Assembly (NCBI GenBank): GCA_965602945.1
Contig: CBFDBC010000002.1
Coordinates: forward strand, 1-52,793
DNA from: an uncultured bacterium
GTDB taxonomy: Bacteria > Acidobacteriota > Aminicenantia > Aminicenantales > Aminicenantaceae
Length of the DNA stretch: 52,793 bases
Direction: 5' to 3'
Part shown: piece after piece, positions 13,014-24,737 of the stretch
Position numbering within the stretch: position 1 is the stretch's first letter
Layout of the letters: the number at the start of each line of letters is the position of its first letter
The notes under the pieces: model-generated
What the model was told of the DNA's origin: nothing
Databases searched by the model: none
What the model saw: the letters and a program-made list of their open reading frames with translations, nothing else
Position numbers and translations under genes: made by a program

Positions 13014-15101
13014 TTGAAACGCGAAGACCCTATCGAGCGCGTGCGAAACATCGGCATCTCGGCTCATATCGACGCAGGGAAGACGACCACTACTGAGCGG
13101 ATCCTGTTCTTCACCGGCATCACCTACAAGATGGGTGAGGTCGACGAGGGTACGGCCGTCATGGACTGGATGACCCAGGAACAGGAGCGCGGTATAACGA
13201 TCACTTCCGCCGCAACCGCGTGTCGGTGGAAGGAACATAAGATCAACATCATCGACACGCCCGGTCATGTTGATTTTACCGTCGAGGTCGAGAGGTCTCT
13301 CCGAGTCCTCGACGGCGCCATTGTGATTCTTTGCGGCGTTGGCGGTGTGGAAGCACAATCCGAGACCGTCTGGCGCCAAGCTGACAGGTATCAGGTGCCT
13401 CGGCTCGTCTATGTCAACAAGATGGACCGAGTTGGCAGCGATCCGGACAAGGCCGTCCGGGAACTGAAGGATCGACTGGGGGCGACCCCCCTGGTTATCC
13501 AGGTCCCCAAAGGCCGTGAGGACGGATTCCGCGGTGTCATCGACCTGGTCGAGATGAAAGCCATCGACTGGGAAAATGACCTGCTGGGGACGCAGTTCGA
13601 GATCAAGGAGATCTCTGAGGAGTATAGAGGCGAGGCGGAAGCCAAGAGGAATGTAATGCTGGAACAATTGAGCGAGATCGACGACAACCTCCTGGAGAAG
13701 TATCTGGAGGGCGGGGAGATTTCTGCTCCTGAGATCAAGGCCGCGATCCGTCGGGGGACCATCGGCCTGCATTTCTTCCCTGTCCTGTTCGGGGCCTCGT
13801 TCAAGAACAAAGGCGTCCATCCTCTCCTGGATGCGGTGGTGGACTATCTTCCCTCACCGGCGGATGTGCCCCCGGTCACGGGGCAGCATCCGCGTACGGG
13901 GCAGGAAGAAATCCGCACGGCTTGCGACGATGAGCCATTCTCCGGCCTCGTGTTCAAGATCATGAACGATCCCCACATGGGCACCCTGTCTTTCTTCCGT
14001 GTATACTCCGGAAAGGTCAAGATCGGGTCCCCGGTGTACAATGCCAACAAGGACACGGAGGAGCGGCTGACGCGGCTCCTGGAGATGCATTCCAACAAGC
14101 GGAAGGACGTAAAGGAAGTCTTTGCGGGCGATATAGCGGCCCTGGCTTCGATGAAGAACCTTTCCACCGGAGATACGCTCTGCGCCCGGAATCATCCCCT
14201 GATGCTCGAGAACATCACATTCCCCGAGCCCGTGATCTCTTCCCACATCGAGCCCAAATCCCGCAGCGATCACCAGAAGCTGACAGAGGTCCTCGAGAAG
14301 CTGACCAGGGAAGACCCGACTTTCCAGGTGAAGCGTGATCCCATGACCGGACAGAACCTGGTCATGGGTATGGGAGAGCTGCACCTGGAAGTGCTGGTGG
14401 ACAGGATGGCCCGGGAGTTCGGCGTCAAGGTCAACCTGGGCAATCCCCAGGTGGCCTACAAAGAGACGATCACACAATCCGCAAGGGGAGAAGGCCGGTA
14501 TGAGAAGCAGATCGCCGGCAAGCCTCAGTTCGGGCACTGCGTCATCGAGATCGAGCCCTCCGATCAGGACGGCCTGATCTTCGAAGATGCCTCCCGGCCC
14601 GGAACCCTGCCCAGGGATCTGATCGCCGCCGTCGGCGACGGCGTACGCGAAGCCATGGAAGTGGGAGTCATTGCCGGCTTCCCGGTCACCAAGGTCAAGG
14701 CATCCCTGATCGACGGGACCCACCGGGATGAGGCATCGGTCGCGCTGGCATACAAGATCGCCGGTTCCCTGGCGTTCAAGGAGGCGGCCCGAAAGGCGGC
14801 ACCGGCCCTGCTGGAACCGGTCATGAGCCTGGTCGTCATCTCCCCCGAAGACTATGTGGGAGACATCGGCGGCGACCTCAGCAGCCGGCGCGGACGTATA
14901 GAAGGCATGGAAATGCAGGCCGGTTCCCGGGTGGTGAACGCGGTGGTGCCTCTTTCAGAGATGTTCGGATATGCCACCAGCCTGCGTACGCTGACGCAGG
15001 GACGCGGTGTGTTTTCCATGGAGTTCTTTTCATACGAAAAGGCGGCGGCGCCCGTGATGGATGCGATCGTCGCCAGGATCGAAGGCAGGGTCACCGGATA
15101 A
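13014..15101 (+). CDS. fusA: Elongation factor G
   Basis: 695 aa. G1 motif AHIDAGKTT, plus DTPGHVDF and NKMD. TTG start. Confidence 0.95.
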   Translation: MKREDPIERVRNIGISAHIDAGKTTTTERILFFTGITYKMGEVDEGTAVMDWMTQEQERGITITSAATACRWKEHKINIIDTPGHVDFTVEVERSLRVLDGAIVILCGVGGVEAQSETVWRQADRYQVPRLVYVNKMDRVGSDPDKAVRELKDRLGATPLVIQVPKGREDGFRGVIDLVEMKAIDWENDLLGTQFEIKEISEEYRGEAEAKRNVMLEQLSEIDDNLLEKYLEGGEISAPEIKAAIRRGTIGLHFFPVLFGASFKNKGVHPLLDAVVDYLPSPADVPPVTGQHPRTGQEEIRTACDDEPFSGLVFKIMNDPHMGTLSFFRVYSGKVKIGSPVYNANKDTEERLTRLLEMHSNKRKDVKEVFAGDIAALASMKNLSTGDTLCARNHPLMLENITFPEPVISSHIEPKSRSDHQKLTEVLEKLTREDPTFQVKRDPMTGQNLVMGMGELHLEVLVDRMAREFGVKVNLGNPQVAYKETITQSARGEGRYEKQIAGKPQFGHCVIEIEPSDQDGLIFEDASRPGTLPRDLIAAVGDGVREAMEVGVIAGFPVTKVKASLIDGTHRDEASVALAYKIAGSLAFKEAARKAAPALLEPVMSLVVISPEDYVGDIGGDLSSRRGRIEGMEMQAGSRVVNAVVPLSEMFGYATSLRTLTQGRGVFSMEFFSYEKAAAPVMDAIVARIEGRVTG

Positions 15102-15114
15102 GGAGGTAAGGCAA

Positions 15115-16314
15115 ATGGCGAAGGAAAAGTTTGAACGCACGAAGCCGCATTTGAACATAGGCACTATCGGGCACGTTGACCACGGCAAGACGACATTGAC
15201 GGCGGCGATCACGAAGGTGTTGAACAAGAAGATGGATAAGGTGTCGTTTGTGGATTACGATCAGATCGACAACGCGCCCGAGGAGAAGGAGCGCGGCTTG
15301 ACGATCCAGATCGCTCATATCGAGTATGAGACGGAGAATCGTCATTATGCCCACATCGACTGTCCCGGTCACGCGGACTACATCAAGAACATGATCACGG
15401 GTGCCGCTCAGATGGACGGTTCGATCCTGGTGGTGGCCGCGGATGACGGACCCATGCCCCAGACGCGCGAGCATATATTGCTGGCTCGTCAGGTGAATGT
15501 TCCCGCGATCGTGGTGTACATGAACAAGACGGACCTGGTGGACGATCCTGAGATTTTGGATCTGGTGGAGTTGGAGGTTCGCGAGCTGCTCTCGAAGTAC
15601 GAGTTTCCCGGAGATGACATTCCTGTGGTTCGGGGCAGTGCCTTGAAGTCGTTGTCGTCGGACGGGGACCCGGAACTGGATGTGAACAAGTCGATTTTGG
15701 AGTTGATGGATGCGGTGGATGCGCACATTCCACAGCCGGTTCGCATTGTGGACAAGCCGTTTTTGATGCCGATCGAGGACATTTTCACGATCTCGGGTCG
15801 TGGTACGGTTGTGACGGGTCGGGTGGATCGCGGCATGATCAAAACCGGGGAAGAGATCGAGATCGTTGGTTTTGGCGAGACGCGGAAGCGGGTTGTGACG
15901 GGCGTTGAGATGTTCCGGAAGATCTTGGACGAGGGTCAGGCTGGTGACAACGTCGGGATCCTGCTTCGGGGCACGGACAAGGACGAGGTTCAGCGGGGCA
16001 TGGTATTGGCCAAGCCCGGTACGATAACACCGCACACGAAGTTCATGGCCGGTATTTACGCATTGAAGAAAGAGGAAGGTGGTCGTCACACACCGTTTTT
16101 TGCGGGCTATCGTCCTCAGTTTTACTTCAACACGACGGATGTTACGGGGACGGTAAAGCTGGAGTCGGGGGTTGAGATGGTGATGCCCGGCGACAACACG
16201 AACCTGGAGATCTCTCTTATCATTCCCGTTGCGATGGAGAAGGGCCAGCGTTTCGCCATCCGGGAAGGCAGCCGCACGGTGGGTGCCGGCACCATCACCG
16301 AGATCAAAGAATGA
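15115..16314 (+). CDS. tuf: Elongation factor Tu (complete copy)
   Basis: [28 protein letters not shown] starts at ATG 15115 after AGGAGG. The track ORF 15061 is read-through from the fusA region. Confidence 0.95.
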   Translation: MAKEKFERTKPHLNIGTIGHVDHGKTTLTAAITKVLNKKMDKVSFVDYDQIDNAPEEKERGLTIQIAHIEYETENRHYAHIDCPGHADYIKNMITGAAQMDGSILVVAADDGPMPQTREHILLARQVNVPAIVVYMNKTDLVDDPEILDLVELEVRELLSKYEFPGDDIPVVRGSALKSLSSDGDPELDVNKSILELMDAVDAHIPQPVRIVDKPFLMPIEDIFTISGRGTVVTGRVDRGMIKTGEEIEIVGFGETRKRVVTGVEMFRKILDEGQAGDNVGILLRGTDKDEVQRGMVLAKPGTITPHTKFMAGIYALKKEEGGRHTPFFAGYRPQFYFNTTDVTGTVKLESGVEMVMPGDNTNLEISLIIPVAMEKGQRFAIREGSRTVGAGTITEIKE

Positions 16315-16392
16315 ATGAGGTTGCCTCGGGCCCTGGCGGCCGGGTAATGACCACATAAGGCACGAAGAAACAGGATACGGAGAGCACGAAAA

Positions 16393-16713
16393 ATGGAAAA
16401 GATAAGAATCAGACTCAAGTCATTCGACCATCGTCTGCTGGATCAGTCTGTGAAAGATATCGTCATCAAAGCCAAACGGACCGGCGCGAGTGTGGCGGGC
16501 CCCATCCCCCTGCCCACCAAGATCCACCGGTTCTGTGTTCTTCGCTCTCCCCATGTGGATAAAAAATCCCGTGAGCATTTCGAGATGCGCATCCACAAGC
16601 GCATGCTTGATATCAGCGAGTACAACAACGAGACCATCGAAGAGCTGCAGAAGCTGGATCTGCCGGCCGGGATCGAGGTGGAGATCCAGGCCTTCGGGAC
16701 TGGAGGAGAATGA
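16393..16713 (+). CDS. rpsJ: 30S ribosomal protein S10
   Basis: 106 aa. [14 protein letters not shown] is typical of S10. Confidence 0.95.
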   Translation: MEKIRIRLKSFDHRLLDQSVKDIVIKAKRTGASVAGPIPLPTKIHRFCVLRSPHVDKKSREHFEMRIHKRMLDISEYNNETIEELQKLDLPAGIEVEIQAFGTGGE

Positions 16714-17378
16714 TCATGGTTGAAGGCATCATCGGAAAAAAGATCGGCATGACGCAGACGTTCGACGAGAGCGGACTCGTGATCCCGGTCACCGTGATCC
16801 AGGCCGGTCCCTGTGCGGTCATCCAGAAGAAGACGCTGGAGCGGGACGGGTATGCCGCGGTGCAGCTGGGATTCGTTGAAGAAACACCGGCCAAACATCC
16901 CGGCAAACCCACGCTGGGGCATTTCAAGGCCTCCGAGATACCGCCTACCCGGGTGTTGAAGGAATTCCGGTTCGACGTTTCGGCTGAGATAAAGCCGGGT
17001 GACCAGTTTAGTGTCGACATGTTTCAGCCCGGAGACATGGTGAGCGTCACCGGCACCAGCAAGGGGAAAGGCTTCGCCGGCGTGGTCAAGCGCTGGGGTT
17101 TTCACGGCGGCAAAAAGACACACGGATCCATGTTCCACAGGGCGCCCGGTTCCATCGGCGCCTCCGCCTACCCCTCGCGGGTGGTCAAGGGTAAAAAGAT
17201 GCCCGGCCATCTGGGGAGTGATCGAAAAACCGTGAAGAACCTTCTCGTCGTAGAGGCGGACAAGGAGAAGAACCTCCTGGTACTGAAGGGCGCCGTGCCC
17301 GGAGCCAAGGGAGGATATGTGCTTATCCGGAAGGCCGGTATCGAGGCTGCCCCGGCGGTCGAGAAGAAAGAAGAGTAG
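16710..17378 (+). CDS. rplC: 50S ribosomal protein L3 (alternative start ATG 16716)
   Basis: 222 aa. [13 protein letters not shown] is an L3-type N-terminus. There is an ATGA overlap with rpsJ. Confidence 0.93.
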   Translation: MIMVEGIIGKKIGMTQTFDESGLVIPVTVIQAGPCAVIQKKTLERDGYAAVQLGFVEETPAKHPGKPTLGHFKASEIPPTRVLKEFRFDVSAEIKPGDQFSVDMFQPGDMVSVTGTSKGKGFAGVVKRWGFHGGKKTHGSMFHRAPGSIGASAYPSRVVKGKKMPGHLGSDRKTVKNLLVVEADKEKNLLVLKGAVPGAKGGYVLIRKAGIEAAPAVEKKEE

Positions 17379-17382
17379 AGCC

Positions 17383-18000
17383 ATGAAAGTCCAGGTATTC
17401 GACAACAGCGGTAAGAAAGTGAAAGAGGTCAGTGCGCCCAAAGAGGTCTTCGCCACACCGGTCAATGAACATTTGATCTACGAGGCGGTGATCAACTACC
17501 GGGCCAATCAGCGACAGGGTACGGCCGCTGCCAAGACACGGGCCATGGTCCGGGGCGGCGGACGCAAGCCCTGGCGTCAGAAAGGCACGGGACGGGCCCG
17601 CGCAGGCAGCACCCGGTCCCCCCTGTGGCGGTCGGGCGGTGTGACCTTCGGTCCCCATCCAAGGGACTATTCCTACCGTATGCCCAAGAAGGCCAGACGT
17701 CTGGCACTCAAATCGGCCCTGGCGGCCAAGTTGGCCGACGACCAGCTGATGATCCTGGAATCGCTGGAAATGGCCGAGCCCAAGACCAAGGAAGGTGCCC
17801 GGCTCCTGAACAACTTGAAGCTGGAATCGGCCCTGTTCGTGGACAACCACACCAACACCAACCTGATCCTGGCCCTGCGGAACATACCCCGCGTAAAAGC
17901 CGTGGATCACAAGCAGCTGACGGTGTACGACGTTCTCGATCATAAGGTGCTGGTCTTCTCTCAGCACGCGTTCGATTCCCTAATGGAGAGGTTAAAGTGA
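17383..18000 (+). CDS. rplD: 50S ribosomal protein L4
   Basis: The L4-like N-terminus [13 protein letters not shown] starts at ATG 17383. The track ORF 17317 extends into rplC. Confidence 0.93.
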   Translation: MKVQVFDNSGKKVKEVSAPKEVFATPVNEHLIYEAVINYRANQRQGTAAAKTRAMVRGGGRKPWRQKGTGRARAGSTRSPLWRSGGVTFGPHPRDYSYRMPKKARRLALKSALAAKLADDQLMILESLEMAEPKTKEGARLLNNLKLESALFVDNHTNTNLILALRNIPRVKAVDHKQLTVYDVLDHKVLVFSQHAFDSLMERLK

Positions 18001-18293
18001 TCAAGGACCCATACCAAATCATCCTGCGTCCGGTCATCACCGAGAAGAGCACCTGGAAAAAGGACGCCAACCGTGAGATCTGTCTTGAGGTCGCCATGGG
18101 CGCCAACAAGATCGAGATCAAGGAAGCGACCGAGAAGCTCTTCAAGATCAAGGTCGACAAGGTCCGGATAGTCAAAAAAAGAGGCAAGAAACGCAGGGTC
18201 GGCAAGAACGAAGGATGGACGAAAGACTGGAAGAAAGCCTACGTCAAGCTCAAAGAGGGCGAGAAGATGATCGAATATTTTGAGGCGGTGTGA
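17997..18293 (+). CDS. rplW: 50S ribosomal protein L23
   Basis: 98 aa. The GTG start overlaps the rplD stop (GTGA). Contains [10 protein letters not shown]. Confidence 0.93.
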   Translation: MIKDPYQIILRPVITEKSTWKKDANREICLEVAMGANKIEIKEATEKLFKIKVDKVRIVKKRGKKRRVGKNEGWTKDWKKAYVKLKEGEKMIEYFEAV

Positions 18294-18295
18294 CC

Positions 18296-19123
18296 ATGGG
18301 TATCAAGTCTTACAATCCGACGACATCGAGCCTGCGCCACCGCACAGGCCTGACATACGAAGAGCTGACGACGACGGAACCGCACAAGCCTCTCCTGGAG
18401 CCGCTCAAGAAGAGCGGAGGCCGGAACGCCAGGGGGCGCATCTCCGTCCGTCACCGCGGCGGTGGTCACAAGCGGGCTTATCGCATCATCGATTTCAAGC
18501 GAGACAAGATCGATGTGCCCGGGGAGGTGGAGAGCATCGAGTACGACCCCAACCGCTCCGGATTCATCTCGCTCATCAAATACAAGGACGGGGAGCGCCG
18601 GTATATCCTTACGACTCAGAACATGAAGGTGGGCCAGACGGTCGTCTCCAGCAACCACCAGGTGGACATCCTGCCCGGTAACTCCATGCCCCTGCGCTTC
18701 ATCCCGCTGGGGACGGTGGTCCACAACATCGAGTTGAAGAAGGGCAAGGGCGGCCAGATCGCCAAGGCGGCCGGGGCCGGGGCTCAGATCCTGGCCAAGG
18801 AAGGGGATTACGCCCAGATCCGCATGCCTTCGTCGGAGATCCGCAGGATCCACCTGGAATGCCGCGCCACCGTCGGCGAGGTAAGCAATCCCGATCATCA
18901 GAACATTTCCATCGGGAAAGCGGGCCGTAAACGCTGGATGGGCCGCCGGCCCCATGTGAGGGGGACGGCCATGAACCCCGTCGATCACCCCCATGGCGGC
19001 GGAGAAGGCAAGGCCAAGGGTGGCCGCCACCCGGTCTCGCCAACGGGGATCCCGACCAAAGGCTACCGCACGCGCCGGAACAAACGCACCCAGCAGTTCA
19101 TCGTTCGGAGAAGGAGCAAGTAA
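18296..19123 (+). CDS. rplB: 50S ribosomal protein L2 (ORF opens at GTG 18290)
   Basis: [18 protein letters not shown] and the GGGEGK motif. ATG 18296 gives the canonical N-terminus. Confidence 0.95.
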   Translation: MGIKSYNPTTSSLRHRTGLTYEELTTTEPHKPLLEPLKKSGGRNARGRISVRHRGGGHKRAYRIIDFKRDKIDVPGEVESIEYDPNRSGFISLIKYKDGERRYILTTQNMKVGQTVVSSNHQVDILPGNSMPLRFIPLGTVVHNIELKKGKGGQIAKAAGAGAQILAKEGDYAQIRMPSSEIRRIHLECRATVGEVSNPDHQNISIGKAGRKRWMGRRPHVRGTAMNPVDHPHGGGEGKAKGGRHPVSPTGIPTKGYRTRRNKRTQQFIVRRRSK

Positions 19124-19125
19124 CC

Positions 19126-19416
19126 ATGGGCCGATCACTCAAAAAAGGACCTTTCGTTGAAGAAAAGCTTCTGGAAAAGATCAACTCGCTGCAGACCCAG
19201 CAGCAGAAGCGTCAGATCGTCAAGACCTGGTCGCGCCGGTCGACCGTCATCCCCGACATGGTGGGGCTGACCATCGCTGTTCACAACGGCAGGAAGTTCA
19301 TACCCGTGTTCATCACAGAGAACATGGTGGGACATAAACTGGGAGAATTCTCTCCCACCCGGACTTTTAAAGGACACACGTCCAAAACGGCCCGGACAAT
19401 AAGGGTAAGAAAGTAA
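19126..19416 (+). CDS. rpsS: 30S ribosomal protein S19
   Basis: 96 aa starting [11 protein letters not shown]. Confidence 0.95.
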   Translation: MGRSLKKGPFVEEKLLEKINSLQTQQQKRQIVKTWSRRSTVIPDMVGLTIAVHNGRKFIPVFITENMVGHKLGEFSPTRTFKGHTSKTARTIRVRK

Positions 19417-19417
19417 A

Positions 19418-19780
19418 ATGGACAGACAGGATTACATCTCGAGAGCCATTGCCAAGCATGTGCGGATCTCTCCCCAGAAGTGCCGCCTGGTCGCAGACCT
19501 TGTCCGGGATCGCTTCGTGGGAGAGGCTCTCACCATCCTCCAGTATTCATCAAAGAAAAAAGCCAGCACCGTGGTGGAAAAGGCGCTGCGCTCGGCCGTG
19601 GCGAATGCGCAGCAGAAAAGCCCGGACGTCGATGTGGACAACCTGTACATCGCCGAGATCTTCGTGAACCAGGGACCCCAGTGGAAACGGTTCCGACCCG
19701 TCCCCATGGGGCGGGCCGCTCGAATACTCAAGCCGACGAGTCATGTCCATATCTATCTAGACGAACGCAAAGGGAGTTAA
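19418..19780 (+). CDS. rplV: 50S ribosomal protein L22
   Basis: 120 aa. Contains HVRISPQKCRLVADLVR. Confidence 0.95.
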   Translation: MDRQDYISRAIAKHVRISPQKCRLVADLVRDRFVGEALTILQYSSKKKASTVVEKALRSAVANAQQKSPDVDVDNLYIAEIFVNQGPQWKRFRPVPMGRAARILKPTSHVHIYLDERKGS

Positions 19781-19783
19781 ACA

Positions 19784-20452
19784 GTGGGCCAGAACACACA
19801 TCCATACGGAGTCCGTTTGGGATTCAACAAGCAGTGGAGTTCCCGGTGGTTCTCTACGGGTTGGGAGTACAGCCGTCTGATCCACGAAGACCTCAAGATG
19901 AAAAAGGTCGTCAAGTCCCGCTATAAACACGCGGGGATCGCCGAGGTGGACGTGGAGCGTGTGGGGCCTAAGATCCGGGTTATCATCCATACCGCCCGGC
20001 CCGGTATCGTCATCGGACGGGGAGGCAAGGAGATCGAGAGCCTCAAGATACTCCTGCAGGGCATCGCCAGCAAGGAAGTCTACATCGATATCCGGGAGGT
20101 CGACAAACCTGAACTGACCGCAATCCTGGTCGGCCAGGGCATTGCCATCCAGCTCGAGAAGCGGATCGCCTACCGCCGTGCGATGCGGCGGGCCGTGGAG
20201 ATGGCCATGAAGATGGGGGCCAAGGGCATTAAGGTTATGTGTTCGGGCCGCCTAGGTGGAGTCGAGATCGCCCGCACCGAGTGGTACCTCAGGGGGCAGC
20301 TTCCCCTGCAGACGCTCAGGGCGGACATCGATTACGGTTTCACCGAGGCATTCACCACGTATGGCCAGATCGGGATCAAGGTGTGGGTCTACAGCAGTGA
20401 CAAAGACAAACCCAAGATGACATCTCAGTCTGCCGAGATCGAGGAGATTTGA
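19784..20452 (+). CDS. rpsC: 30S ribosomal protein S3
   Basis: 222 aa with a GTG start. Contains [12 protein letters not shown] and a KH domain. Confidence 0.95.
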   Translation: MGQNTHPYGVRLGFNKQWSSRWFSTGWEYSRLIHEDLKMKKVVKSRYKHAGIAEVDVERVGPKIRVIIHTARPGIVIGRGGKEIESLKILLQGIASKEVYIDIREVDKPELTAILVGQGIAIQLEKRIAYRRAMRRAVEMAMKMGAKGIKVMCSGRLGGVEIARTEWYLRGQLPLQTLRADIDYGFTEAFTTYGQIGIKVWVYSSDKDKPKMTSQSAEIEEI

Positions 20453-20454
20453 TC

Positions 20455-20877
20455 ATGCTGATGCCCAAGAAAGTAAAGCACCGCAAGCAGATGCGGGGCC
20501 GGATGCGGGGAAAGGCTATCCGTGGGGGCCGCCTCTCCTTCGGGGAGTTCGGGCTGCAGGCTCTGGAACCGTGCTGGTTGACCGCCCGCCAGATCGAGGC
20601 GGGACGTATCGCCATCACCCGGCACGCAAAGCGCAAAGGAAAGCTGTGGATACGGGTTTTCCCTTGGAAACCCATCACCAAGAAGCCCACCGAAGTGCGG
20701 ATGGGGAAGGGAAAGGGCGACCCTGAGTTCTGGGTCGAGACCGTCAAACCGGGACGGATCCTGTATGAGATCGAGGGCGTGTCCGAACAGGTGGCCTTCA
20801 GGGCCATGCAGCTGGCGGCCAATAAACTGCCGATCAAGACCAGGGTCATAACCCGCGAACTGAGGGAACTGCGATGA
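20455..20877 (+). CDS. rplP: 50S ribosomal protein L16 (ORF opens at ATG 20449)
   Basis: [19 protein letters not shown] matches the L16 N-terminus. The two extra codons upstream overlap the rpsC stop. Confidence 0.93.
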   Translation: MLMPKKVKHRKQMRGRMRGKAIRGGRLSFGEFGLQALEPCWLTARQIEAGRIAITRHAKRKGKLWIRVFPWKPITKKPTEVRMGKGKGDPEFWVETVKPGRILYEIEGVSEQVAFRAMQLAANKLPIKTRVITRELRELR

Positions 20878-21092
20878 AACCGACAGAGATGAGAGAATTG
20901 TCCGCAGATGAACTGGCCGACAAAGAGGCCGAACTCAAGGATCAGCTGTTCAAACTGAAGTTCCAGAACGCGCTGGGCCAGCTGGAAAACACCATGAGGC
21001 TCAAGGCCATCAAGAAAGACCTGGCAAGGATCAAGACAATTCAGAACGAAAGCAGATCCGAAGACCGGAAGGAACGGAAAGAAGACAAATGA
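20874..21092 (+). CDS. rpmC: 50S ribosomal protein L29
   Basis: 72 aa with an ATGA overlap. Contains [12 protein letters not shown]. Confidence 0.93.
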   Translation: MKPTEMRELSADELADKEAELKDQLFKLKFQNALGQLENTMRLKAIKKDLARIKTIQNESRSEDRKERKEDK

Positions 21093-21382
21093 GCACGCAA
21101 GCCAGAAAAACCACCAAAGTCGGGATTGTCATCGGTACCAAGATGAAGAAGACCGTAACGGTCCTGGTGGAACGCCAGGTCCGGCATCCCTTATACAAGA
21201 AGATCGTGAAAAAACGGAAAAAATTCCTGGTACACGATGAATATGAGAAGTGCAAACTCGGTGACGCGGTGAAGATCGTCGAAACACGGCCGTTGAGCGC
21301 GCGGAAGAGGTGGCGCTTGGATGAGATCGTGGGTCTTTCCCCCACCGAAAAAGATAAGGCCAACGAGGATAAGAAAGAATGA
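21089..21382 (+). CDS. rpsQ: 30S ribosomal protein S17
   Basis: 97 aa. Contains [18 protein letters not shown]. Confidence 0.93.
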   Translation: MSTQARKTTKVGIVIGTKMKKTVTVLVERQVRHPLYKKIVKKRKKFLVHDEYEKCKLGDAVKIVETRPLSARKRWRLDEIVGLSPTEKDKANEDKKE

Positions 21383-21747
21383 TTCGCTCGGAAACCATGC
21401 TCAAGGTGGCGGACAATTCCGGTGCCCGGAAGATCTTGTGTATCACTCCTCTGGGAGGTGGCGTGGGAAAGACCGCATCCATAGGCGATGTGATCTCTGC
21501 CTCAGTCAAAGAGGCCGACCCGGAGAGCAAGATCCCCAAGGGCAAGGTGGTCAGGGCGGTAGTCGTCCGGGCCAGGAAAGAATTGAGACGCCGGGACGGG
21601 TCCTATATCCGGTTCGATGAAAACGCGGCCGTCATCATAGACACCCAGGGAGAACCCATAGGTACTCGAGTGTTCGGCCCGGTTGGGCGTGAATTACGCG
21701 AAAGAAAATTCATGAAGATCGTCTCCCTGGCACCGGAGGTCCTGTGA
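21379..21747 (+). CDS. rplN: 50S ribosomal protein L14
   Basis: 122 aa starting [16 protein letters not shown]. Confidence 0.95.
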   Translation: MIRSETMLKVADNSGARKILCITPLGGGVGKTASIGDVISASVKEADPESKIPKGKVVRAVVVRARKELRRRDGSYIRFDENAAVIIDTQGEPIGTRVFGPVGRELRERKFMKIVSLAPEVL

Positions 21748-22076
21748 TGAGTAAGATGTTGATCAAGAAGAACGACATGGTCGTGCTGATCTCGGGTAAA
21801 GACAAGGGAAAATCGGGCAAGGTGCTCAAGGTCATACCCGAGAAGAACCGCGTCGTGGTGGAAAAGCTAAATTTTGTCAAGGAATTCATCCGCCGCGATC
21901 AGAGCAAGAACATCCAGGGCGGGATCATGGAGAAGGAAGGCCCCATCCATGTGTCCAACGTCCAGATCTACTGCTCGGAGTGTGCGCAGGGAGTGCGCGT
22001 GCGGAGCAAGACGCTGGAGGACGGCACCAAAGTCCGGATCTGCAGCAATTGTGATATCACCATCGAGAGACAATAG
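21747..22076 (+). CDS. rplX: 50S ribosomal protein L24 (ORF opens at GTG 21744)
   Basis: KOW motif DMVVLISGKDKGKSGKV. Confidence 0.93.
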   Translation: MSKMLIKKNDMVVLISGKDKGKSGKVLKVIPEKNRVVVEKLNFVKEFIRRDQSKNIQGGIMEKEGPIHVSNVQIYCSECAQGVRVRSKTLEDGTKVRICSNCDITIERQ

Positions 22077-22091
22077 GTTTGAGAGGCAGTC

Positions 22092-22637
22092 ATGAGTCGG
22101 CTTAAGGAAAAATACGAAAAAGAGATCATCTCCGAGCTGCAGAAGGAAATAGAGATCACCAACCGGATGGCCGTGCCGCGTATGGAGAAGATCGTAATCA
22201 ACATCGGGGTGGGTGAGGCCATCCAGAATATCAAGGTCCTGGATGCGGCCAAGAAGGAATTGAGCCTCATAACCGGGCAGTGGCCTGCCGTGGGGCGGGC
22301 CCGCAAGTCCATCGCGCAGTTCAAGCTGCGCCAGGGCCACGCAATTGCGTGTTACACCACGCTGCGCGGCGAGATGATGTACGAGTTCCTCGATCGCCTG
22401 CTGAACATCGTACTGCCGCGGGTGAGGGATTTCAGAGGGACCTCGCCCCGGGCCTTTGACGGCCGCGGCAACTACACTCTGGGACTGCGTGATCAGCTGG
22501 TCTTCCCGGAGATCGATTATACGAAAGTGGATCAGTCACGCGGGATGAACATCACCATGGTGACGTCCGCCAAGACCGACAGCGAGGCTTATGCCCTGCT
22601 GAAGAAACTGGGAATGCCGTTTGGCGAGGCGTTCTAA
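22092..22637 (+). CDS. rplE: 50S ribosomal protein L5
   Basis: 181 aa. Contains [12 protein letters not shown] and [15 protein letters not shown]. Confidence 0.95.
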   Translation: MSRLKEKYEKEIISELQKEIEITNRMAVPRMEKIVINIGVGEAIQNIKVLDAAKKELSLITGQWPAVGRARKSIAQFKLRQGHAIACYTTLRGEMMYEFLDRLLNIVLPRVRDFRGTSPRAFDGRGNYTLGLRDQLVFPEIDYTKVDQSRGMNITMVTSAKTDSEAYALLKKLGMPFGEAF

Positions 22638-22648
22638 GGAAGGATAAA

Positions 22649-22834
22649 GTGGCAAAAAAATCATCGATCGCAAAATACCTGAAAGATCCGAAGTACAAGG
22701 TGCGGCACAGCAACCGGTGCCGGATCTGTGGGCGCCCCAAGGGATACTTCCGGAAATTCGATATGTGTCGGCTGTGTTTTCGGGAACTGGCCTTGAAGGG
22801 CGAGATTCCCGGAGTCACCAAGGCTTCCTGGTAA
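22649..22834 (+). CDS. rpsN: 30S ribosomal protein S14, short zinc-binding (type Z) form
   Basis: 61 aa with a GTG start. Cys4 motif: CRICG...CRLC. Confidence 0.93.
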   Translation: MAKKSSIAKYLKDPKYKVRHSNRCRICGRPKGYFRKFDMCRLCFRELALKGEIPGVTKASW

Positions 22835-22855
22835 AGTACGAGAGAGGATAGAGAT

Positions 22856-23254
22856 ATGACGCTTACAGATCCTATCGCTGATATGTTAACACGAATAAGA
22901 AACGCCGCAATGGGGCGGAAAAAGGATGTCCGTATCCCCTCTTCTCGGATGAAGGTGGAGATCGCCAAGATCCTGAAAGATGAGGGATATATACGGAATT
23001 TCAAGGTCATCGACGACAACCTGCAGGGATTTCTGAGCATCACGCTCAAGTACACGGACAACAACCAGAGTGTCATCACGGGCTTGAAAAGGGTGAGTAA
23101 ACCCGGGTGCCGGATCTACTGCAAGGCCGATTCGGTTCCCAAGGTCCTGGACGGGCTGGGTATCGCCATCGTATCCACCTCCAGCGGGATCGTAACAGGC
23201 AAGAAGTGCATGGAACAAGGTGTGGGAGGTGAGGTTCTCTGCCAGATCTGGTAG
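22856..23254 (+). CDS. rpsH: 30S ribosomal protein S8
   Basis: 132 aa. Contains DPIADMLTRIRNA. Confidence 0.95.
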   Translation: MTLTDPIADMLTRIRNAAMGRKKDVRIPSSRMKVEIAKILKDEGYIRNFKVIDDNLQGFLSITLKYTDNNQSVITGLKRVSKPGCRIYCKADSVPKVLDGLGIAIVSTSSGIVTGKKCMEQGVGGEVLCQIW

Positions 23255-23277
23255 GCCCGCCCTGAGAGGAAACGAGC

Positions 23278-23823
23278 ATGTCAAGAATTGGAAAACAACC
23301 GATACAGCTCCCGGACGGGGTGAAGGTCACCATCTCCGCGGATAAGATCGAATGCGAGGGGCCCAAAGGCAAGGTGGAAGCCCCTGTGTTCCCTGGGATC
23401 ACAGCGAATGTCGAGGAGACCCAGCTGCTGATCAAACGGGAGAGCGACGAGGGCAATCTTCCTGCCTTTCACGGGCTGGTCCGATCGCTGGCGGCCAATG
23501 CCGTCACCGGAGTGTCCAGCGGCTTCGAAAAGAAGCTTGAGATCGTGGGCGTAGGCTACCGGGCAAAGCTGGACAAAGGGAAACTGGAGCTGAACCTGGG
23601 CTATTCCAAGCCCGTCATCTACGAGATTCCCGATGATATCGAGGTGATCGTAGAGAAGCCCACCCTGATCACGGTCAAGGGAATCGACAAGCAGCGCGTC
23701 GGTCAGGAAGCACACAAGCTGCGCAGCTTCCGCAAGCCCGATCCCTACAAACTCAAGGGGATCCGCTATGCGGGTGAGAGGCTGCACAAGAAGGAACGGA
23801 AAGCGGGGGTGGTCGGTGTATAA
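23278..23823 (+). CDS. rplF: 50S ribosomal protein L6
   Basis: 181 aa starting MSRIGKQPIQLPDGV. Confidence 0.95.
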   Translation: MSRIGKQPIQLPDGVKVTISADKIECEGPKGKVEAPVFPGITANVEETQLLIKRESDEGNLPAFHGLVRSLAANAVTGVSSGFEKKLEIVGVGYRAKLDKGKLELNLGYSKPVIYEIPDDIEVIVEKPTLITVKGIDKQRVGQEAHKLRSFRKPDPYKLKGIRYAGERLHKKERKAGVVGV

Positions 23824-24190
23824 AGACAAAGTTGTTGTGAAAAAAACGGCGAACCGGCGTATCCGGAAGCGTATCCGTAAGAAGATCAGTGGAACCCCGG
23901 AGAGGCCGCGCGTGCTTGTGATGCGATCCAACCGCTACCTGTATATCCAGGCTATCGACGACATCAACGGCCGGGTGCTCTCCTCGGCGTGTACCCTGGA
24001 AAAATCTTTCCGCGAGAAACACAAGAGCTTCAAGAACACGGAAGCGGCCGGGGCCCTGGGGAAGATCGTTGCCGGGCGGCTCAAGGAAAAGAAGATCACA
24101 ACCATCGTCTTCGACAGGGGCGTCTTCCCCTATCACGGACGCATCAAGAACCTAGCGGAAGCCATGCGCGAGGGAGGGCTGATTTTCTAG
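23816..24190 (+). CDS. rplR: 50S ribosomal protein L18
   Basis: The track ORF 23768 reads through rplF. GTG 23816 gives a 124-aa protein with RRIRKRIRKKISGTPERPRVLVMRSNRYLYIQ. The start choice is uncertain. Confidence 0.88.
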   Translation: MYKDKVVVKKTANRRIRKRIRKKISGTPERPRVLVMRSNRYLYIQAIDDINGRVLSSACTLEKSFREKHKSFKNTEAAGALGKIVAGRLKEKKITTIVFDRGVFPYHGRIKNLAEAMREGGLIF

Positions 24191-24218
24191 CGGTCAGCCG
24201 GACAAGGAGGCAAGAAGA

Positions 24219-24737
24219 GTGTACGATAAAAGGCGCAAACCAGCCCTCGAAGAGGGAGAACAGGAACTCAAAGACCAGGTCATCTCGATCCGCAGGACCA
24301 CGAAGGTCGTAAAAGGCGGAAAGAACCTCAGCTTCTCCGCGCTCGTGGCTGTCGGGGATGAGAACGGGATGGTCGGCATCGGAAAAGGCAAAGCGCGCGA
24401 AGTGCCTCCTGCCATTGCCAAGGGCGTGCAGGATGCCAAGAAGAATATGATCAAGGTGCCGATGAAAGGAACCACGATCCCACACCTCATAAAGGGAGTA
24501 CACGGTGGCGGAGAGGTTGTGCTGCGACCGGCCTCCGAGGGAACCGGTGTGATCGCAGGCGGGGCCGTCCGTATCATCATGCAGCTGGCGGGCATCAAGG
24601 ATATCCTTACCAAGTCCCTGAGCAGCAACAACCCGATCAGCGTGGCTCACGCCACCATCAACGCCCTGGTCAACCTGAAAAATCCGGGACAGGTGTCGAA
24701 GAACCGGAACATCGACGAGGAAAAGATATGGCAGTAA
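24219..24737 (+). CDS. rpsE: 30S ribosomal protein S5
   Basis: 172 aa with a GTG start after AAGGAGG. Contains [19 protein letters not shown]. Confidence 0.95.
   Translation: MYDKRRKPALEEGEQELKDQVISIRRTTKVVKGGKNLSFSALVAVGDENGMVGIGKGKAREVPPAIAKGVQDAKKNMIKVPMKGTTIPHLIKGVHGGGEVVLRPASEGTGVIAGGAVRIIMQLAGIKDILTKSLSSNNPISVAHATINALVNLKNPGQVSKNRNIDEEKIWQ

Noticed and set aside
15091-16356. 421-aa minus-strand ORF exactly antisense to tuf
   Set aside because: The plus strand encodes an unmistakable EF-Tu. The antisense translation is Arg/His/Leu-rich low-information sequence with no Shine-Dalgarno sequence. It is a typical shadow ORF from GC-rich third codon positions.
16315-16392. Possible S10-leader-like regulatory structure or terminator between tuf and rpsJ
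   Set aside because: Only short GGCC-based pairings can be drawn and no U-tract is present. The 78-nt gap is too small and too unstructured by eye to claim an attenuator.
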